From the NCBI GenBank assembly GCA_029560465.1, contig JAKQKX010000016.1, positions 1,248 to 65,247 on the forward strand: DNA of 64,000 nt. Reading direction: 5' to 3'. The notes beneath the pieces were generated by a model. It did not search any database, had not been told where the DNA came from, and saw only the letters and a program-made list of their open reading frames with translations. The stretch is from Candidatus Omnitrophota bacterium. Lineage in GTDB: Bacteria; Omnitrophota; Gorgyraeia; Zapsychrales; JANLHA01. Shown here piece by piece: positions 9,584-18,957 of this stretch. How positions within the stretch are numbered: position 1 is the stretch's first letter; the number at the start of each line of letters is the position of its first letter. The translations under genes and the position numbers were made by a program.

Positions 9584-11173
9584 GTGAAACACAAGAATCC
9601 TTCCAACCCGTTTCGTTTAATCCGCGGGGTGCTTTTCACCCTGACATGGCTTTTCGTTGCCCCAGCCATAAGTTGTGCCACCTTGTCCAATGTTGCCGAT
9701 CACGCGGCCCCTCACAAGTTGTTCAGGCTGACCATGAGCGCGGAAAACCTCCCCGTGGTTAAAGAGCCGGTCAAGCTCCTTACTATTGAGCAAATGGAAG
9801 AGATCAGGACATTGTTTAAAAATGAACGGTTTGGGGCCTTGAGCGTCATGATGGACAAATATCAGTCCGCATCCGAAGCCGATCCAGCGGATGAATTTTT
9901 GATCAGTGCCTTCCTTGATGTTTTTGGGGCGCCCTCCCGTGATTACGAGCGGTTGCTTTTAAAGTGGAAAGAAACGTTTCCCTATAACTATCAGCCGTAT
10001 TTGGCCTTGGCGCAATATTATTACAGTCAGGGATGGGAAAACCGCGGGTCCCAATTCGCCACGGAAACAACAACCGAGCAGTTTCAAAAGATGGAGGACA
10101 GTTTTCAGAAAGCGGAAGAGAACCTCGAGAAAGCTTTAAAGATGAAGCCCAAATTGATGCCCGCGTATTGCATGTTTATCAGTATGTATAATGCCGCAAG
10201 ACCAGAACAGGAGGAGAATGTTTTTATTGAGCGGGCTTTAGAGCTATTCCCCCATTCTTTCCTGGTCTGGTCGAGATGCATCGTAGCCAAAAAACCCCGC
10301 TGGGGCGGCAGTTATGATCAGATGCAGGCTATCGCCAAAGCAGCGGAACAATTTAATAAGGCCAATCCTAACCTGACGAAGTTATATGGTTTTATATACG
10401 CGGATCAAGCGTGGTATCTGAAACGGGCCAAGCAGTATAGTAAAGCGATCGGCCTGTTGCGGGAGGCTTTAGCTTTCGGAGAGCGTTCAAGCCTTCATCA
10501 GGAAATTGCCAAGATTTATTACTATAATTTAGAAGATTACCCACGGGCTTTGGAGGAATGCAATGAAGCGATACGGCTTGGCCCTGGCGCGGAATATTAT
10601 CTTCTTCGTTCCAAAATATATTATAAGCTGGAAAATTACGAGAAATCACTGAGTGACCTGGAAACGGCAAACCGTGTTAATCCGTTTTATGATGAGGTGA
10701 GAAAATGGGTTAAATGGGCTGGCCGGGACCTGATGCTTCAGGGGCATAAAAAATATAAAGCCCATCATGTGCGGGCGGCGATTGGTTTGTTTAATTTGTC
10801 CCTGAAATATAATGACCAAGATCCCGAGACATATCATTGGAGGGGGAAAGCGTTTTTTGACAAAGGCGACGCGGGTTCCGCGCTCAAAGATTTTGAGCGG
10901 GCGCTTGCCCTGAACCCGAGGGATTTTTATTCCGTCAGCATGATCGATTATATCGCCAATTCAGAAGGGCAGTTTGATTTCAGTATCGGATATTGGAGCC
11001 GGTTCCTGAAGCTTGAACCGAACCATTCCGGGGGCTATCTGAACAGGGCCAGGGTTTATTATTATAAAGGGGACTTCGTGAGCTGTTTGCAAGACTTAAA
11101 TCAAGGCTGCCGTTTGGGGAACCAGGAAGCGTGCTCCCGGATTAATAATATCAAAACCAGGGGCAAATTTTAA
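9584..11173 (+). CDS. TPR-repeat protein with N-terminal signal peptide
   Basis: 529-aa ORF. Hydrophobic N-terminus (FTLTWLFVAPAISCA). Repeated TPR-like helices (AIRLGPGAEYYLLRSKIYYKLENYEKSLSDLETANRVNP; ALNPRDFYSVSMIDY...). Confidence 0.7.
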   Translation: MKHKNPSNPFRLIRGVLFTLTWLFVAPAISCATLSNVADHAAPHKLFRLTMSAENLPVVKEPVKLLTIEQMEEIRTLFKNERFGALSVMMDKYQSASEADPADEFLISAFLDVFGAPSRDYERLLLKWKETFPYNYQPYLALAQYYYSQGWENRGSQFATETTTEQFQKMEDSFQKAEENLEKALKMKPKLMPAYCMFISMYNAARPEQEENVFIERALELFPHSFLVWSRCIVAKKPRWGGSYDQMQAIAKAAEQFNKANPNLTKLYGFIYADQAWYLKRAKQYSKAIGLLREALAFGERSSLHQEIAKIYYYNLEDYPRALEECNEAIRLGPGAEYYLLRSKIYYKLENYEKSLSDLETANRVNPFYDEVRKWVKWAGRDLMLQGHKKYKAHHVRAAIGLFNLSLKYNDQDPETYHWRGKAFFDKGDAGSALKDFERALALNPRDFYSVSMIDYIANSEGQFDFSIGYWSRFLKLEPNHSGGYLNRARVYYYKGDFVSCLQDLNQGCRLGNQEACSRINNIKTRGKF

Positions 11174-11376
11174 CTTTTTGAAAACAAGGCTGTTTTGACC
11201 CTTCCCCAAAACAGATTTCAAACCATCCTCGCTGTTTTAGCGCAGGACTCTTCGGGAGCCGTTTGGAACAGGGCAGGAGCCTCTCTGGGACGCCTGAGAG
11301 GCTGGGATTAGCAGATCACCCCTCCCCATGGAGTTTGGAAATGATATCATTTTGCGGATGGAGCGGATTAAAGTAG

Positions 11377-11664
11377 TTGAGCAAATATCCGTCGGAGGTT
11401 TTCAAGATGCTTCTTAAATCGACTAGCCAGTATCCATGCCAGTGGGATGACCTTGTCGACAAAAATGGGCGGGTTATTGTTACGATATATACGCTTCGGG
11501 AAAAAATTATAGATGGTCCGTCTGTCCCTGGCGTGAAATTTTGCGAGGATGGGATATTCGACATAGTTGTCGACGTCCCGGAGCTTACTGAAGAAGTGGT
11601 GGCGGAAGTATTAGTGGATTTGTCTTCGCGGGCAGGGAAAAGATACAGTTTGAAATTAGCGTGA
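11377..11664 (+). CDS. Hypothetical small protein
   Basis: 95-aa ORF in an otherwise non-coding region. No recognisable motifs and a weak RBS. Confidence 0.3.
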   Translation: MSKYPSEVFKMLLKSTSQYPCQWDDLVDKNGRVIVTIYTLREKIIDGPSVPGVKFCEDGIFDIVVDVPELTEEVVAEVLVDLSSRAGKRYSLKLA

Positions 11665-11866
11665 ACCGAATTTTTCGGGAGTTTGGGTGAAGCGCCGTTT
11701 GGCCTGGGAATCGATCGGAGAAACGCCTAACGGTGGCATGAACCAGCCGTTCAGGCCTGGTTTTTGCTGCGGCAACCGGCTTCGCTGGTTATGCCGAGTG
11801 TTATGGGATCATAAAGGAGGCATAAGATAGGATGCAAAGAATAAATTTTAGAGAATTATAAAAGTC

Positions 11867-11886
11867 CTACGGGCGTGAGCCCGTAG
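11867..11886 (+). other. 8-bp perfect hairpin with GNRA-type tetraloop (ctacgggc-gtga-gcccgtag) in a non-coding region
   Basis: Read directly. Not followed by a U-run. Lies in a ~300-nt non-coding stretch (11665-11961) that also contains a nested hairpin at ~11940-11985. Confidence 0.3.
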
Positions 11887-12024
11887 ATATCTAGCTTAAA
11901 AAGGAACGATTAACCAAAAGCGACGAGAAATCATTTTTAGGGGGTTTTTAACCCGGAATTTGTGTCCGGGTATGACCCCTATTGTCACGTTGACGGGAGA
12001 AGGGTGAGTTGGTACAATAACAGC

Positions 12025-12354
12025 ATGAAATTCGGGATTCGCGTTTTTTGCGTGATTTATAATATTTTAGGCTTGTTGGGGCTCGGCGCCTGCGTGTCCA
12101 GCGCTGCTGTCCTGTCCCGGTCCCGCAGCCTCGTGATCGGTGAGGCCGACATGATGCAGATTGTCGCTTATGTCGTGGCGGTGTTGTTTTTCTGCTCGGC
12201 ACTCCTGCTGATTAAAAGAAAAAAAATCGGATTTCTTCTGCCCATTCTTCTGCTCACCTTTTTCGTGTCCGGAGGGTTTGTCGTCCTGTTGCCGCTTCTT
12301 GTGGGACACATCCTGTTTTTTACCCGCCCACGGATCAAAGCCCAATTTTGTTGA
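12025..12354 (+). CDS. Small integral membrane protein (3 predicted TM helices)
   Basis: ORF 11962-12354. Internal ATG at 12025 begins MKFGIRVFCVIYNILGLLGLGA. Strongly hydrophobic segments. Confidence 0.4.
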   Translation: MKFGIRVFCVIYNILGLLGLGACVSSAAVLSRSRSLVIGEADMMQIVAYVVAVLFFCSALLLIKRKKIGFLLPILLLTFFVSGGFVVLLPLLVGHILFFTRPRIKAQFC

Positions 12355-12488
12355 TTCTGCTCTTCTGCTCTATTTTTGCATTTCATGGAAAATCTGCGGC
12401 GCGGTCGCCTTTTCTTTGTTAAACTAACGAGAGAAGAACGGACCCCAGTGTTTTTTATTCGGTCTTTTGTCAATATAAAGGAGGACAC

Positions 12489-13013
12489 ATGATCGATCTG
12501 TTGAGAAAACGGCGGAGCGTGCGGGCGTATCTGAATCAGACGATTGAGCCGGAGAAAGTGAGTATCCTTAAAGAGGCGTTGCTGCGGTCTCCTTCCTCGC
12601 GTGATATTCAGCCTTGGATGTTTATTTTTGTGGAGGATGAGAAGATGCTCAGCCATCTTTCCCGGGTGAAAGTCCATGGCTCGGCTTTTTTGGCCGGCGC
12701 CCAGATGGTCATTGTCGTCCTGGGCGACGAAGCGGCTTCGGATGTCTGGATAGAAGATTGCTCTATCGCTGCGGTTGTGGCCATGTTAACCGCTTCTTCG
12801 CTTGGGCTTGGCAGCTGCTGGGTACAGGTCAGAAACCGTCAGCATTCTCCGTCAGAAAGCGCTGAGGATTATGTCCGCAAAGCCCTGAATATCCCGGACA
12901 ATTTCCGGGTGGAAGCCATGATCGCACTTGGGTATCCGGATGAAGAAAAAGCCGGCATACCATTGGACGAGCTGCGGTTTGATAAAATTAAAACCGGGAC
13001 GTTTGCCGGTTGA
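12489..13013 (+). CDS. Nitroreductase-family protein
   Basis: 174 aa. N-terminus MIDLLRKRRSVRAY is typical of the nitroreductase fold. RBS aaggagg 7 nt upstream. Confidence 0.75.
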   Translation: MIDLLRKRRSVRAYLNQTIEPEKVSILKEALLRSPSSRDIQPWMFIFVEDEKMLSHLSRVKVHGSAFLAGAQMVIVVLGDEAASDVWIEDCSIAAVVAMLTASSLGLGSCWVQVRNRQHSPSESAEDYVRKALNIPDNFRVEAMIALGYPDEEKAGIPLDELRFDKIKTGTFAG

Positions 13014-13211
13014 ACTATGACGGGCAGAAAACGCTGTAAGTTTTCCCGTCCGGCCTTGGGCCCCGAGCGCCCCATCCCCAAGGCATCATCGTTTCAGAGA
13101 AACGGCTTCTTTTCCATTTTGAGAGGAGCGTTTCTTCGTGGCTTCGGGAAAGAAATTTTGCATAAAGGAGTATTTTGTCGTATATTAACTTAATTGTAAG
13201 AGCAGGACAGT

Positions 13212-14474
13212 ATGACCAAAATAACGGGAGTTGATATGCCAAGAAAACGGAATGTCGGGATGGGATTAAGTATTTCCCAAGGGGACGAGTTGAAGATATT
13301 ACGCCAGATTGTCGATATAACGTCTTCCGAGATGGACTTGGCGCGCACGCTGAAAGAGGTCGTTGGCATCGTGAATGAGGCGACCCGGGCGGATTCGGTT
13401 TTTATCTACCTTTTTGACGAGCGGAAAGAAAACCTGACGTTGATGGCCTCTAAATTGCCGCATAAAAGAATGCTGGGGCATCTTGTCTTGAAGGTCGGGG
13501 AAGGGATTACCGGCTGGGTAGCCAAGGAAAACAAGCCGGTGGCCATCAATGAGAACGCTTATCAGGACGCGCGGTTCAAGAATTTTGACGTCTTGCCGGA
13601 AGACCAATACGAAGCGTTTCTGTCCGTCCCCATCATTTATAAGGGCAAGGCGATCGGGGTTATTAATGTCCAGCATAAAAAGCCGCACGATTACAGTTCC
13701 CAGACCGTCACCCTGATCTGCACGATCGCCAAACAGGTCGGAGGGGTGATTGAACACGCGGTCCTTTATGAACATATCAAGCTGAAAGCGAAGCAGTTTG
13801 ACAGCCTGGTCAAGGTGAGCCAGTCCATCACATCGGAGAATTACCTGGATGAAATTTTAAACCTGATCGTGGTGGTGACGGCGGAAATGCTGAACTCCAA
13901 GATTTGCTCGATCCTTCTTCTGGATGACAGGAAACAGAAGGAGCTGGTGATCAAGGCCACCCAGAGCTTGAGCGAGGAATACAAGCAGAAACCGAACCTC
14001 AACGTGGACCGCAGCCTTTTGGGGGAGGTGATCAAACGCAAAAAGCCGTTGATGTTTCAGGATGTCCGCCAGGAACAGAAATACTTTTACCGGGATTTGG
14101 CGGTGAAAGAGAACCTGACTTCGATGATCGCGGTCCCCATGATTGTCAAAGACACCGCGATCGGAGTTATAAATGTGTATACCAAAGAGCCGCATGTGTT
14201 TTCGGACGAGGAAACAGGGGTCCTTCAGATGGTGGCCAACCAGGCGGCGGTCGCGGTGGAAAACACAAAATTGATGCAGGAGGCCCTCAAGGCCAAAGAA
14301 GCGTTGGAAACGCGCAAGCTCGTTGAGCGGGCTAAGGGTATTTTGATGAAGCTGAATAATTTGTCCGAACAGGCCGCGTACCGGTTGATCCATAAAAAGA
14401 GCATGGACACCTGCCGCTCCATGAAAGAGATCGCCGAGTCCGTGATCCTGATGGATGAATTGAGCTCCTCGTGA
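13212..14474 (+). CDS. GAF-GAF-ANTAR RNA-binding antitermination regulator
   Basis: 420 aa. Two GAF-like regions (…LKVGEGITGWVAKENKPVAINENAYQD… and …AVPMIVKDTAIGVINVYTKEPHVFSDEE…). C-terminal ANTAR-like helix bundle (ALETRKLVERAKGILMKLNNLSEQAAYRLIHKKSMDTCRSMKEIAESV). Confidence 0.8.
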   Translation: MTKITGVDMPRKRNVGMGLSISQGDELKILRQIVDITSSEMDLARTLKEVVGIVNEATRADSVFIYLFDERKENLTLMASKLPHKRMLGHLVLKVGEGITGWVAKENKPVAINENAYQDARFKNFDVLPEDQYEAFLSVPIIYKGKAIGVINVQHKKPHDYSSQTVTLICTIAKQVGGVIEHAVLYEHIKLKAKQFDSLVKVSQSITSENYLDEILNLIVVVTAEMLNSKICSILLLDDRKQKELVIKATQSLSEEYKQKPNLNVDRSLLGEVIKRKKPLMFQDVRQEQKYFYRDLAVKENLTSMIAVPMIVKDTAIGVINVYTKEPHVFSDEETGVLQMVANQAAVAVENTKLMQEALKAKEALETRKLVERAKGILMKLNNLSEQAAYRLIHKKSMDTCRSMKEIAESVILMDELSSS

Positions 14475-14598
14475 AGGTGTTTTAGCGGAGGCGCGCTAAA
14501 GCCTGGGATCCGGGTGCGGGACAGGCAGAAGGCGGCTTTTTTAGGGCGTTATTTTGGATTTTCAAAATTCGTAAATGCCGTGGATAAAAAAAACACCT

Positions 14599-14632
14599 TG
14601 ACAAAAAGCTCCGGAAATATTATATTTTAACC
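14599..14632 (+). promoter_or_regulatory. Sigma70-like promoter (TTGACA-17nt-TATATT) for the outer-membrane-protein/amtB operon leader
   Basis: ccTTGACAaaaagctccggaaatatTATATTtt. The same 14-mer CCTTGACAAAAAGC recurs at the carA promoter (31051). Confidence 0.55.
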
Positions 14633-14666
14633 AGACCATTGACGGTTTATCATAACGGGCAAGGAA

Positions 14667-14700
14667 GTCCGGATTCTTTATAAGATTCCGGGCTTTTTTA
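14667..14700 (+). terminator. Leader intrinsic terminator T1 (gtccgga...tccgggc + UUUUUU)
   Basis: Stem-loop followed by a T6 run, ~35 nt downstream of the predicted -10. Candidate attenuator of the ANTAR-controlled leader. Confidence 0.5.
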
Positions 14701-14725
14701 TTGTTAGTGCTTTTGGGCGTTGACG

Positions 14726-14768
14726 TCCTCTTGATCGCAGGGATTCTGCGGAAGAGGGCTTTTTTTTT
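14726..14768 (+). terminator. Leader intrinsic terminator T2 (tcctctt-[cgcag ggatt ctgcg]-g-aagaggg + U9)
   Basis: 7-bp outer stem enclosing a 5-bp inner hairpin, followed by nine T. Lies ~110 nt upstream of the OMP gene start. Confidence 0.55.
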
Positions 14769-14877
14769 GATATTTGATAAAGGGCATGGGGGTCCATAAC
14801 GAGCAAAGACAGCTTGCGGGTCCGTTGGCGGGGCAGAAAAATGGTGCAATAGTGAATAAGAAAATTAAGGAGAAACG

Positions 14878-15645
14878 ATGAAGTTAAAAAGTGAAATTCT
14901 GATCAGCGTTTGTATGACAGCCCTCTTTTGTGGACTTCCGGCTAAGGCGGAAAGCAAAACCATTTTTGGGGATTATCTTAAGGAGAACGCCGTTGAGGTC
15001 GAATTGAGCGCCCGTACCGATTTTTATTCCAAATATATCTGGCGCGGCTTTCGCCTTGATGATGACTATGTTCTTCAGCCAGGGGTTTCGGTAGGTGGGT
15101 ATGGATTCGAGGTTAATGTCTGGGGCAGTTTTGACACAGCCCAGAATGACGCTTTGGGGTCGGATGAAGTAGACACGACGGTGAGTTACAGCCGTGATTT
15201 TGACGCAGTATCCCTTTCCGTGGGGCACGTTTATTATGATTTTCCTTCCGCGGGAACGTTTAGCAAGGAGTTTTTCTTAGGAGTGGGTTACGACACCCTG
15301 CTGGCCCCGTCTTTCACCTGGTATCACGATTATGGCCGAGAAAGCCAGGGGGGAGGCCATGGGGATTATATGGTGCTCGCGTTGGGGCACACCCTGACGC
15401 TTAATGAGGAATACGGGATTACTTTGGATTTGTCCGGGCATGTTGGGTATAACCAACGCCTGTTTATTAAAGGAAAAGGCGGCGATGTTGCGTTGGGGGC
15501 GGGGCTGACAGTCCCTTTGACAGAGACCCTTTCCTTATCTCCCAGTTTGAATTACAGCCTTCCATACGGAGACATGGAAGATTCTTCCGACGGTAATCAG
15601 GATGATGAATTTTATTGGGGTGCCGGGGTGAGTTGCCGTTTCTAA
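14878..15645 (+). CDS. Outer-membrane beta-barrel protein (porin-like), first gene of the amt operon
   Basis: 255 aa. Signal peptide, alternating aromatic/glycine-rich beta-strand pattern, C-terminal ...GAGVSCRF ending in Phe. RBS aaggagaaacg-ATG. Confidence 0.7.
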   Translation: MKLKSEILISVCMTALFCGLPAKAESKTIFGDYLKENAVEVELSARTDFYSKYIWRGFRLDDDYVLQPGVSVGGYGFEVNVWGSFDTAQNDALGSDEVDTTVSYSRDFDAVSLSVGHVYYDFPSAGTFSKEFFLGVGYDTLLAPSFTWYHDYGRESQGGGHGDYMVLALGHTLTLNEEYGITLDLSGHVGYNQRLFIKGKGGDVALGAGLTVPLTETLSLSPSLNYSLPYGDMEDSSDGNQDDEFYWGAGVSCRF

Positions 15646-15694
15646 TGTTCAGTGATTTTGTCCGGGGTCAGTCCCGGATCGAAAGGAGTTCGAT

Positions 15695-17083
15695 ATGTTT
15701 AGAAAAATTTTAAAAATTCTCCCTGCGCTCGCGGTTATCCTGGGGGTCGGGGTGATGCTTGGCGCGGGCTTGGGGATGGCGGAAGAGCCGACTGTGGCTG
15801 GTAACGCTGCGGCCATCGAGGAAAAAAGCGTGGCGATGGATACGGTGTGGACGCTTATCGCCGGGATGCTGGTGATGTTCATGCAGGCGGGGTTCGCGAT
15901 GGTGGAAACTGGTTTCACCCGGGCGAAGAATGCCTGCAACATTATGATGAAAAACTTGCTTGATTTCACGGTCGGGGCGGTGATTTATTGGGCTGTCGGT
16001 TTTGGGATTATGTTCGGGGCCGGAAACTTGTTTTTCGGGACCAGCGGCTTTTTCCTGGCTGATACCGGAAGCACGTTCGCCTCTCTGGACTGGAGTCTGG
16101 TCCCCTTGGCGTGTAAATATTTCTTTCAAATGGTTTTTGCCGCGACGGCGGCGACCATTGTTTCCGGGGCCATGGCGGAACGCACCAAGTTTTCGGCGTA
16201 TCTGGTGTACAGCATGGTGATCAGCGCGTTGATTTATCCGGTCGTGGGCCACTGGATCTGGGGTGGCGGGTGGCTGGCTGAAATCGGGATGTGGGATTTT
16301 GCCGGGTCAACGGTTGTGCATTCCACGGGGGCCTGGATGGCGCTGATCGGCGCGATTTTCCTCGGGCCTCGGTTAGGGAAATACCGCCCGGATGGGTCTT
16401 CCAACGCGATCCCCGGCCATAATATCCCATTGGCCACGTTAGGGGTTTTTATCCTCTGGTTCGGGTGGTACGGGTTTAATCCCGGAAGCACGATGGCGGC
16501 GGTCCCAGGCATCGCTCATATCGCCATGACGACGACGATTGCTGCGGCGGTCGGGGTTAACGCTGCGATGGTGACATCATGGGTGATGTTTTCCAAACCG
16601 GATATTTCCATGGCGTTAAACGGCGGGCTGGCGGGCCTGGTGGCGATCACGGCGGGATGCGCCTTTGTGTCTCCCGGGAGCGCGGCTTTGATCGGACTGG
16701 TGGCCGGCGTTCTGGTCGTCCTATCGGTTGTCACTTTTGATAAGGTTTTTCATATCGATGATCCGGTGGGGGCGGTGTCGGTGCACGGGGTTTGCGGTGC
16801 CTGGGGCACGCTGGCTGTGGGTCTTTTCGCGCAGGACATTTTTTCTCCAGGGACAACCGGAAACGGGTTGTTGTTCGGCGGAGGTATCAAGTTGCTGATG
16901 TCCCAGCTGGCTGGCGTGGGCTCGGTCATGCTCTGGTGTTTTATCTGCGGGGTTGTCCTTTTCTCAGCCATTAAAGCGACCATCGGGTTACGGGTGAGCA
17001 AAGAGGAGGAGTTGCGGGGTCTGGATATTGATGAACATGGCATGGAGGCTTACTCAGGATTCCAGATTTTCACGACGGAATAA
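15695..17083 (+). CDS. amtB: Ammonium transporter (Amt family)
   Basis: 462 aa. Signal peptide plus 11 TM segments. Amt signatures (DFAGGTVVHSTGAW-like: DFAGSTVVHSTGAWMALIGAIFLGPRLGKY; GFNPGS; C-terminal GLRVSKEEELRGLDIDEHGMEAY). Confidence 0.92.
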   Translation: MFRKILKILPALAVILGVGVMLGAGLGMAEEPTVAGNAAAIEEKSVAMDTVWTLIAGMLVMFMQAGFAMVETGFTRAKNACNIMMKNLLDFTVGAVIYWAVGFGIMFGAGNLFFGTSGFFLADTGSTFASLDWSLVPLACKYFFQMVFAATAATIVSGAMAERTKFSAYLVYSMVISALIYPVVGHWIWGGGWLAEIGMWDFAGSTVVHSTGAWMALIGAIFLGPRLGKYRPDGSSNAIPGHNIPLATLGVFILWFGWYGFNPGSTMAAVPGIAHIAMTTTIAAAVGVNAAMVTSWVMFSKPDISMALNGGLAGLVAITAGCAFVSPGSAALIGLVAGVLVVLSVVTFDKVFHIDDPVGAVSVHGVCGAWGTLAVGLFAQDIFSPGTTGNGLLFGGGIKLLMSQLAGVGSVMLWCFICGVVLFSAIKATIGLRVSKEEELRGLDIDEHGMEAYSGFQIFTTE

Positions 17084-17167
17084 TCGCAGCTGTCCGCCCA
17101 ATCTGTGTAACCCCTGGGGGGAAGAAAAAGAAAAAGTTTTCAATATACAATAAGGAGGGACAATCCC

Positions 17168-17509
17168 ATGAAATTAATTATCGCGATGATTCAGCCGCAT
17201 AAACTTCCGGACGTGAAAAAGGAGCTTTTTGCCGCAGATGTCCATAAGATGACCGTGACCAATGTGCTCGGATGCGGTCAGCAGAAAGGATACAACGAGA
17301 CGTACCGGGGTGTTATGCACGAGGTGAACCTGTTAAAAAAAGTCCGTTTGGAAATCGCCGTGAATGAGGATTTTGTCAAGCGGACGGTTGACGCTATTGT
17401 CCGGGGGGCCAAGACGGGAAAAATCGGGGACGGGAAAATTTTTATTCTCGATTTGCCGGAATGCATCCGGGTGCGGACAGGCGAAAGGGGGAGCGAAGCC
17501 ATCGGGTAA
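17168..17509 (+). CDS. glnB: Nitrogen regulatory protein P-II (GlnB/GlnK)
   Basis: 113 aa. [20 protein letters not shown]... classic P-II. T-loop region YRGVMHEV. Placed between the two amt genes. Confidence 0.9.
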   Translation: MKLIIAMIQPHKLPDVKKELFAADVHKMTVTNVLGCGQQKGYNETYRGVMHEVNLLKKVRLEIAVNEDFVKRTVDAIVRGAKTGKIGDGKIFILDLPECIRVRTGERGSEAIG

Positions 17510-17573
17510 TGGGCGTAAGAGTTTTTCTTCGGGTCGGTAGGAGAGGATCAAGACAGAAAATAAGGAGGGGAGA

Positions 17574-18914
17574 GTGACACACATAAACCGCGTTAAAACG
17601 TTATTTCTGATCGGAGCCGCTTGTCTGATGATGGGCTCGGGTTGTCCTGCTTTTGCGGACGACGGAGCCGTTCCCAGCGTTACGGGCCTGGATACGCTTT
17701 GGGTGCTGATCACTGCTTTTTTGGTCTTTTTTATGCAGGCGGGGTTTGGGATGGTGGAGGCGGGTTTTATCCGGGCTAAAAATACCTGTAACATTTTGAC
17801 GAAAAATTTTATGGATTTTTGCATGGCGTCTTTGGGGTTTTTTATATTTGGATATGCGATCATGTTCGGGGAGGGGAACGGATTCCTCGGATTAACGGGG
17901 TGGTTTTTGGCGGGTGCGGAGTCGGCCGCCGGCGTTCCTCTTTATGCGTTCTGGCTTTTTCAGGCCGCCTTTTGCGGGGCGGCGGCCACGATCGTGGCCG
18001 GAGGCATGGCTGAACGGATGAAGTTCCAGGGGTATCTTATTTATTCCTTTGTTATTTCGGCGTTTATTTATCCGATCGTCGGGCATTGGGTCTGGGGTGG
18101 CGGCTGGCTGGCGGACCTTGGCTTCGCGGACTTCGCCGGATCCACGGTCGTTCACTCTCTCGGTGGTTTCGCCGCTTTGATCGGGACCATCATCCTCAAG
18201 CCGCGGATCGGAAAATATAACCCGGACGGGTCAGTCAACGCGATTGCCGGGCACAATATCCCCCTGGCGTCACTCGGGGTTTTTATCCTTTGGTTCGGGT
18301 GGTTTGGTTTTAACCCGGGCTCAACGTTATCCGTTGGAGACGGCAGCCTTATCGCCCGGGTGGCGATTAACACCAATCTGGCTGCGGCGGCGGGTGGGAT
18401 CGCGGCGATCATCACCGTGTGGGCGAAGTTCGGCAAGCCGGATTTGTCCATGGCCATGAACGGCGCTTTGGCCGGCTTGGTTGCGGTCACCGCGCCCTGC
18501 GCTTTTGTTGAGCCCTGGGCTGCCATTGCGATCGGCGGGATCGGCGGGATTATTGTTGTGTTTGGCGTTGTGTTCTTGGATCGCCTCCGGATTGACGATC
18601 CGGTCGGGGCCGTTCCTGTTCACGGTTTTAACGGCCTTTGGGGGACTTTGGCGGTCGGGATTTTTGGCCGCCAATCTTTGGGGCTGGCCCATGACGGCCT
18701 GCTGTATGGAGGGGGGGTGACACAACTGGGGATTCAGTTTCTGGGTGTTATGTCGGCCATCCTATTTATTGTGGTGACCATGGGAACGCTGTTCAAATTG
18801 ATTGATTCGACCATCGGATTGCGGGTGACGGTTGAAGAGGAGCACCGCGGACTGGATATCGGAGAACACGGCATGGAATCCTATTCGGGGTTTCAGATTT
18901 TTACGACATCATAA
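17574..18914 (+). CDS. amtB: Ammonium transporter (Amt family), second copy (GTG start)
   Basis: 446 aa. Paralogous to 15695-17083 (DFAGSTVVHSLGGFAALIGTIILKPRIGKY; GLRVTVEEEHRGLDIGEHGMESY). RBS aaggagggg. Confidence 0.9.
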   Translation: MTHINRVKTLFLIGAACLMMGSGCPAFADDGAVPSVTGLDTLWVLITAFLVFFMQAGFGMVEAGFIRAKNTCNILTKNFMDFCMASLGFFIFGYAIMFGEGNGFLGLTGWFLAGAESAAGVPLYAFWLFQAAFCGAAATIVAGGMAERMKFQGYLIYSFVISAFIYPIVGHWVWGGGWLADLGFADFAGSTVVHSLGGFAALIGTIILKPRIGKYNPDGSVNAIAGHNIPLASLGVFILWFGWFGFNPGSTLSVGDGSLIARVAINTNLAAAAGGIAAIITVWAKFGKPDLSMAMNGALAGLVAVTAPCAFVEPWAAIAIGGIGGIIVVFGVVFLDRLRIDDPVGAVPVHGFNGLWGTLAVGIFGRQSLGLAHDGLLYGGGVTQLGIQFLGVMSAILFIVVTMGTLFKLIDSTIGLRVTVEEEHRGLDIGEHGMESYSGFQIFTTS

Positions 18915-18957
18915 AAAGGCGCGTGTTTTTGATCCTGGGGTGCGTGGTCTTCTTTAA

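Noticed and set aside
9469-9762. 97-aa ORF overlapping the TPR gene start
   Set aside because: It is an alternative frame over the signal-peptide region of the TPR protein. It has no RBS and low-complexity translation.
15710-16734. Minus-strand ORFs inside amtB and plus-strand alternative-frame ORFs (16002-16220 etc.)
   Set aside because: They are overlapped by the Amt transporter, whose frame carries the family signatures. The alternative frames are low-complexity.
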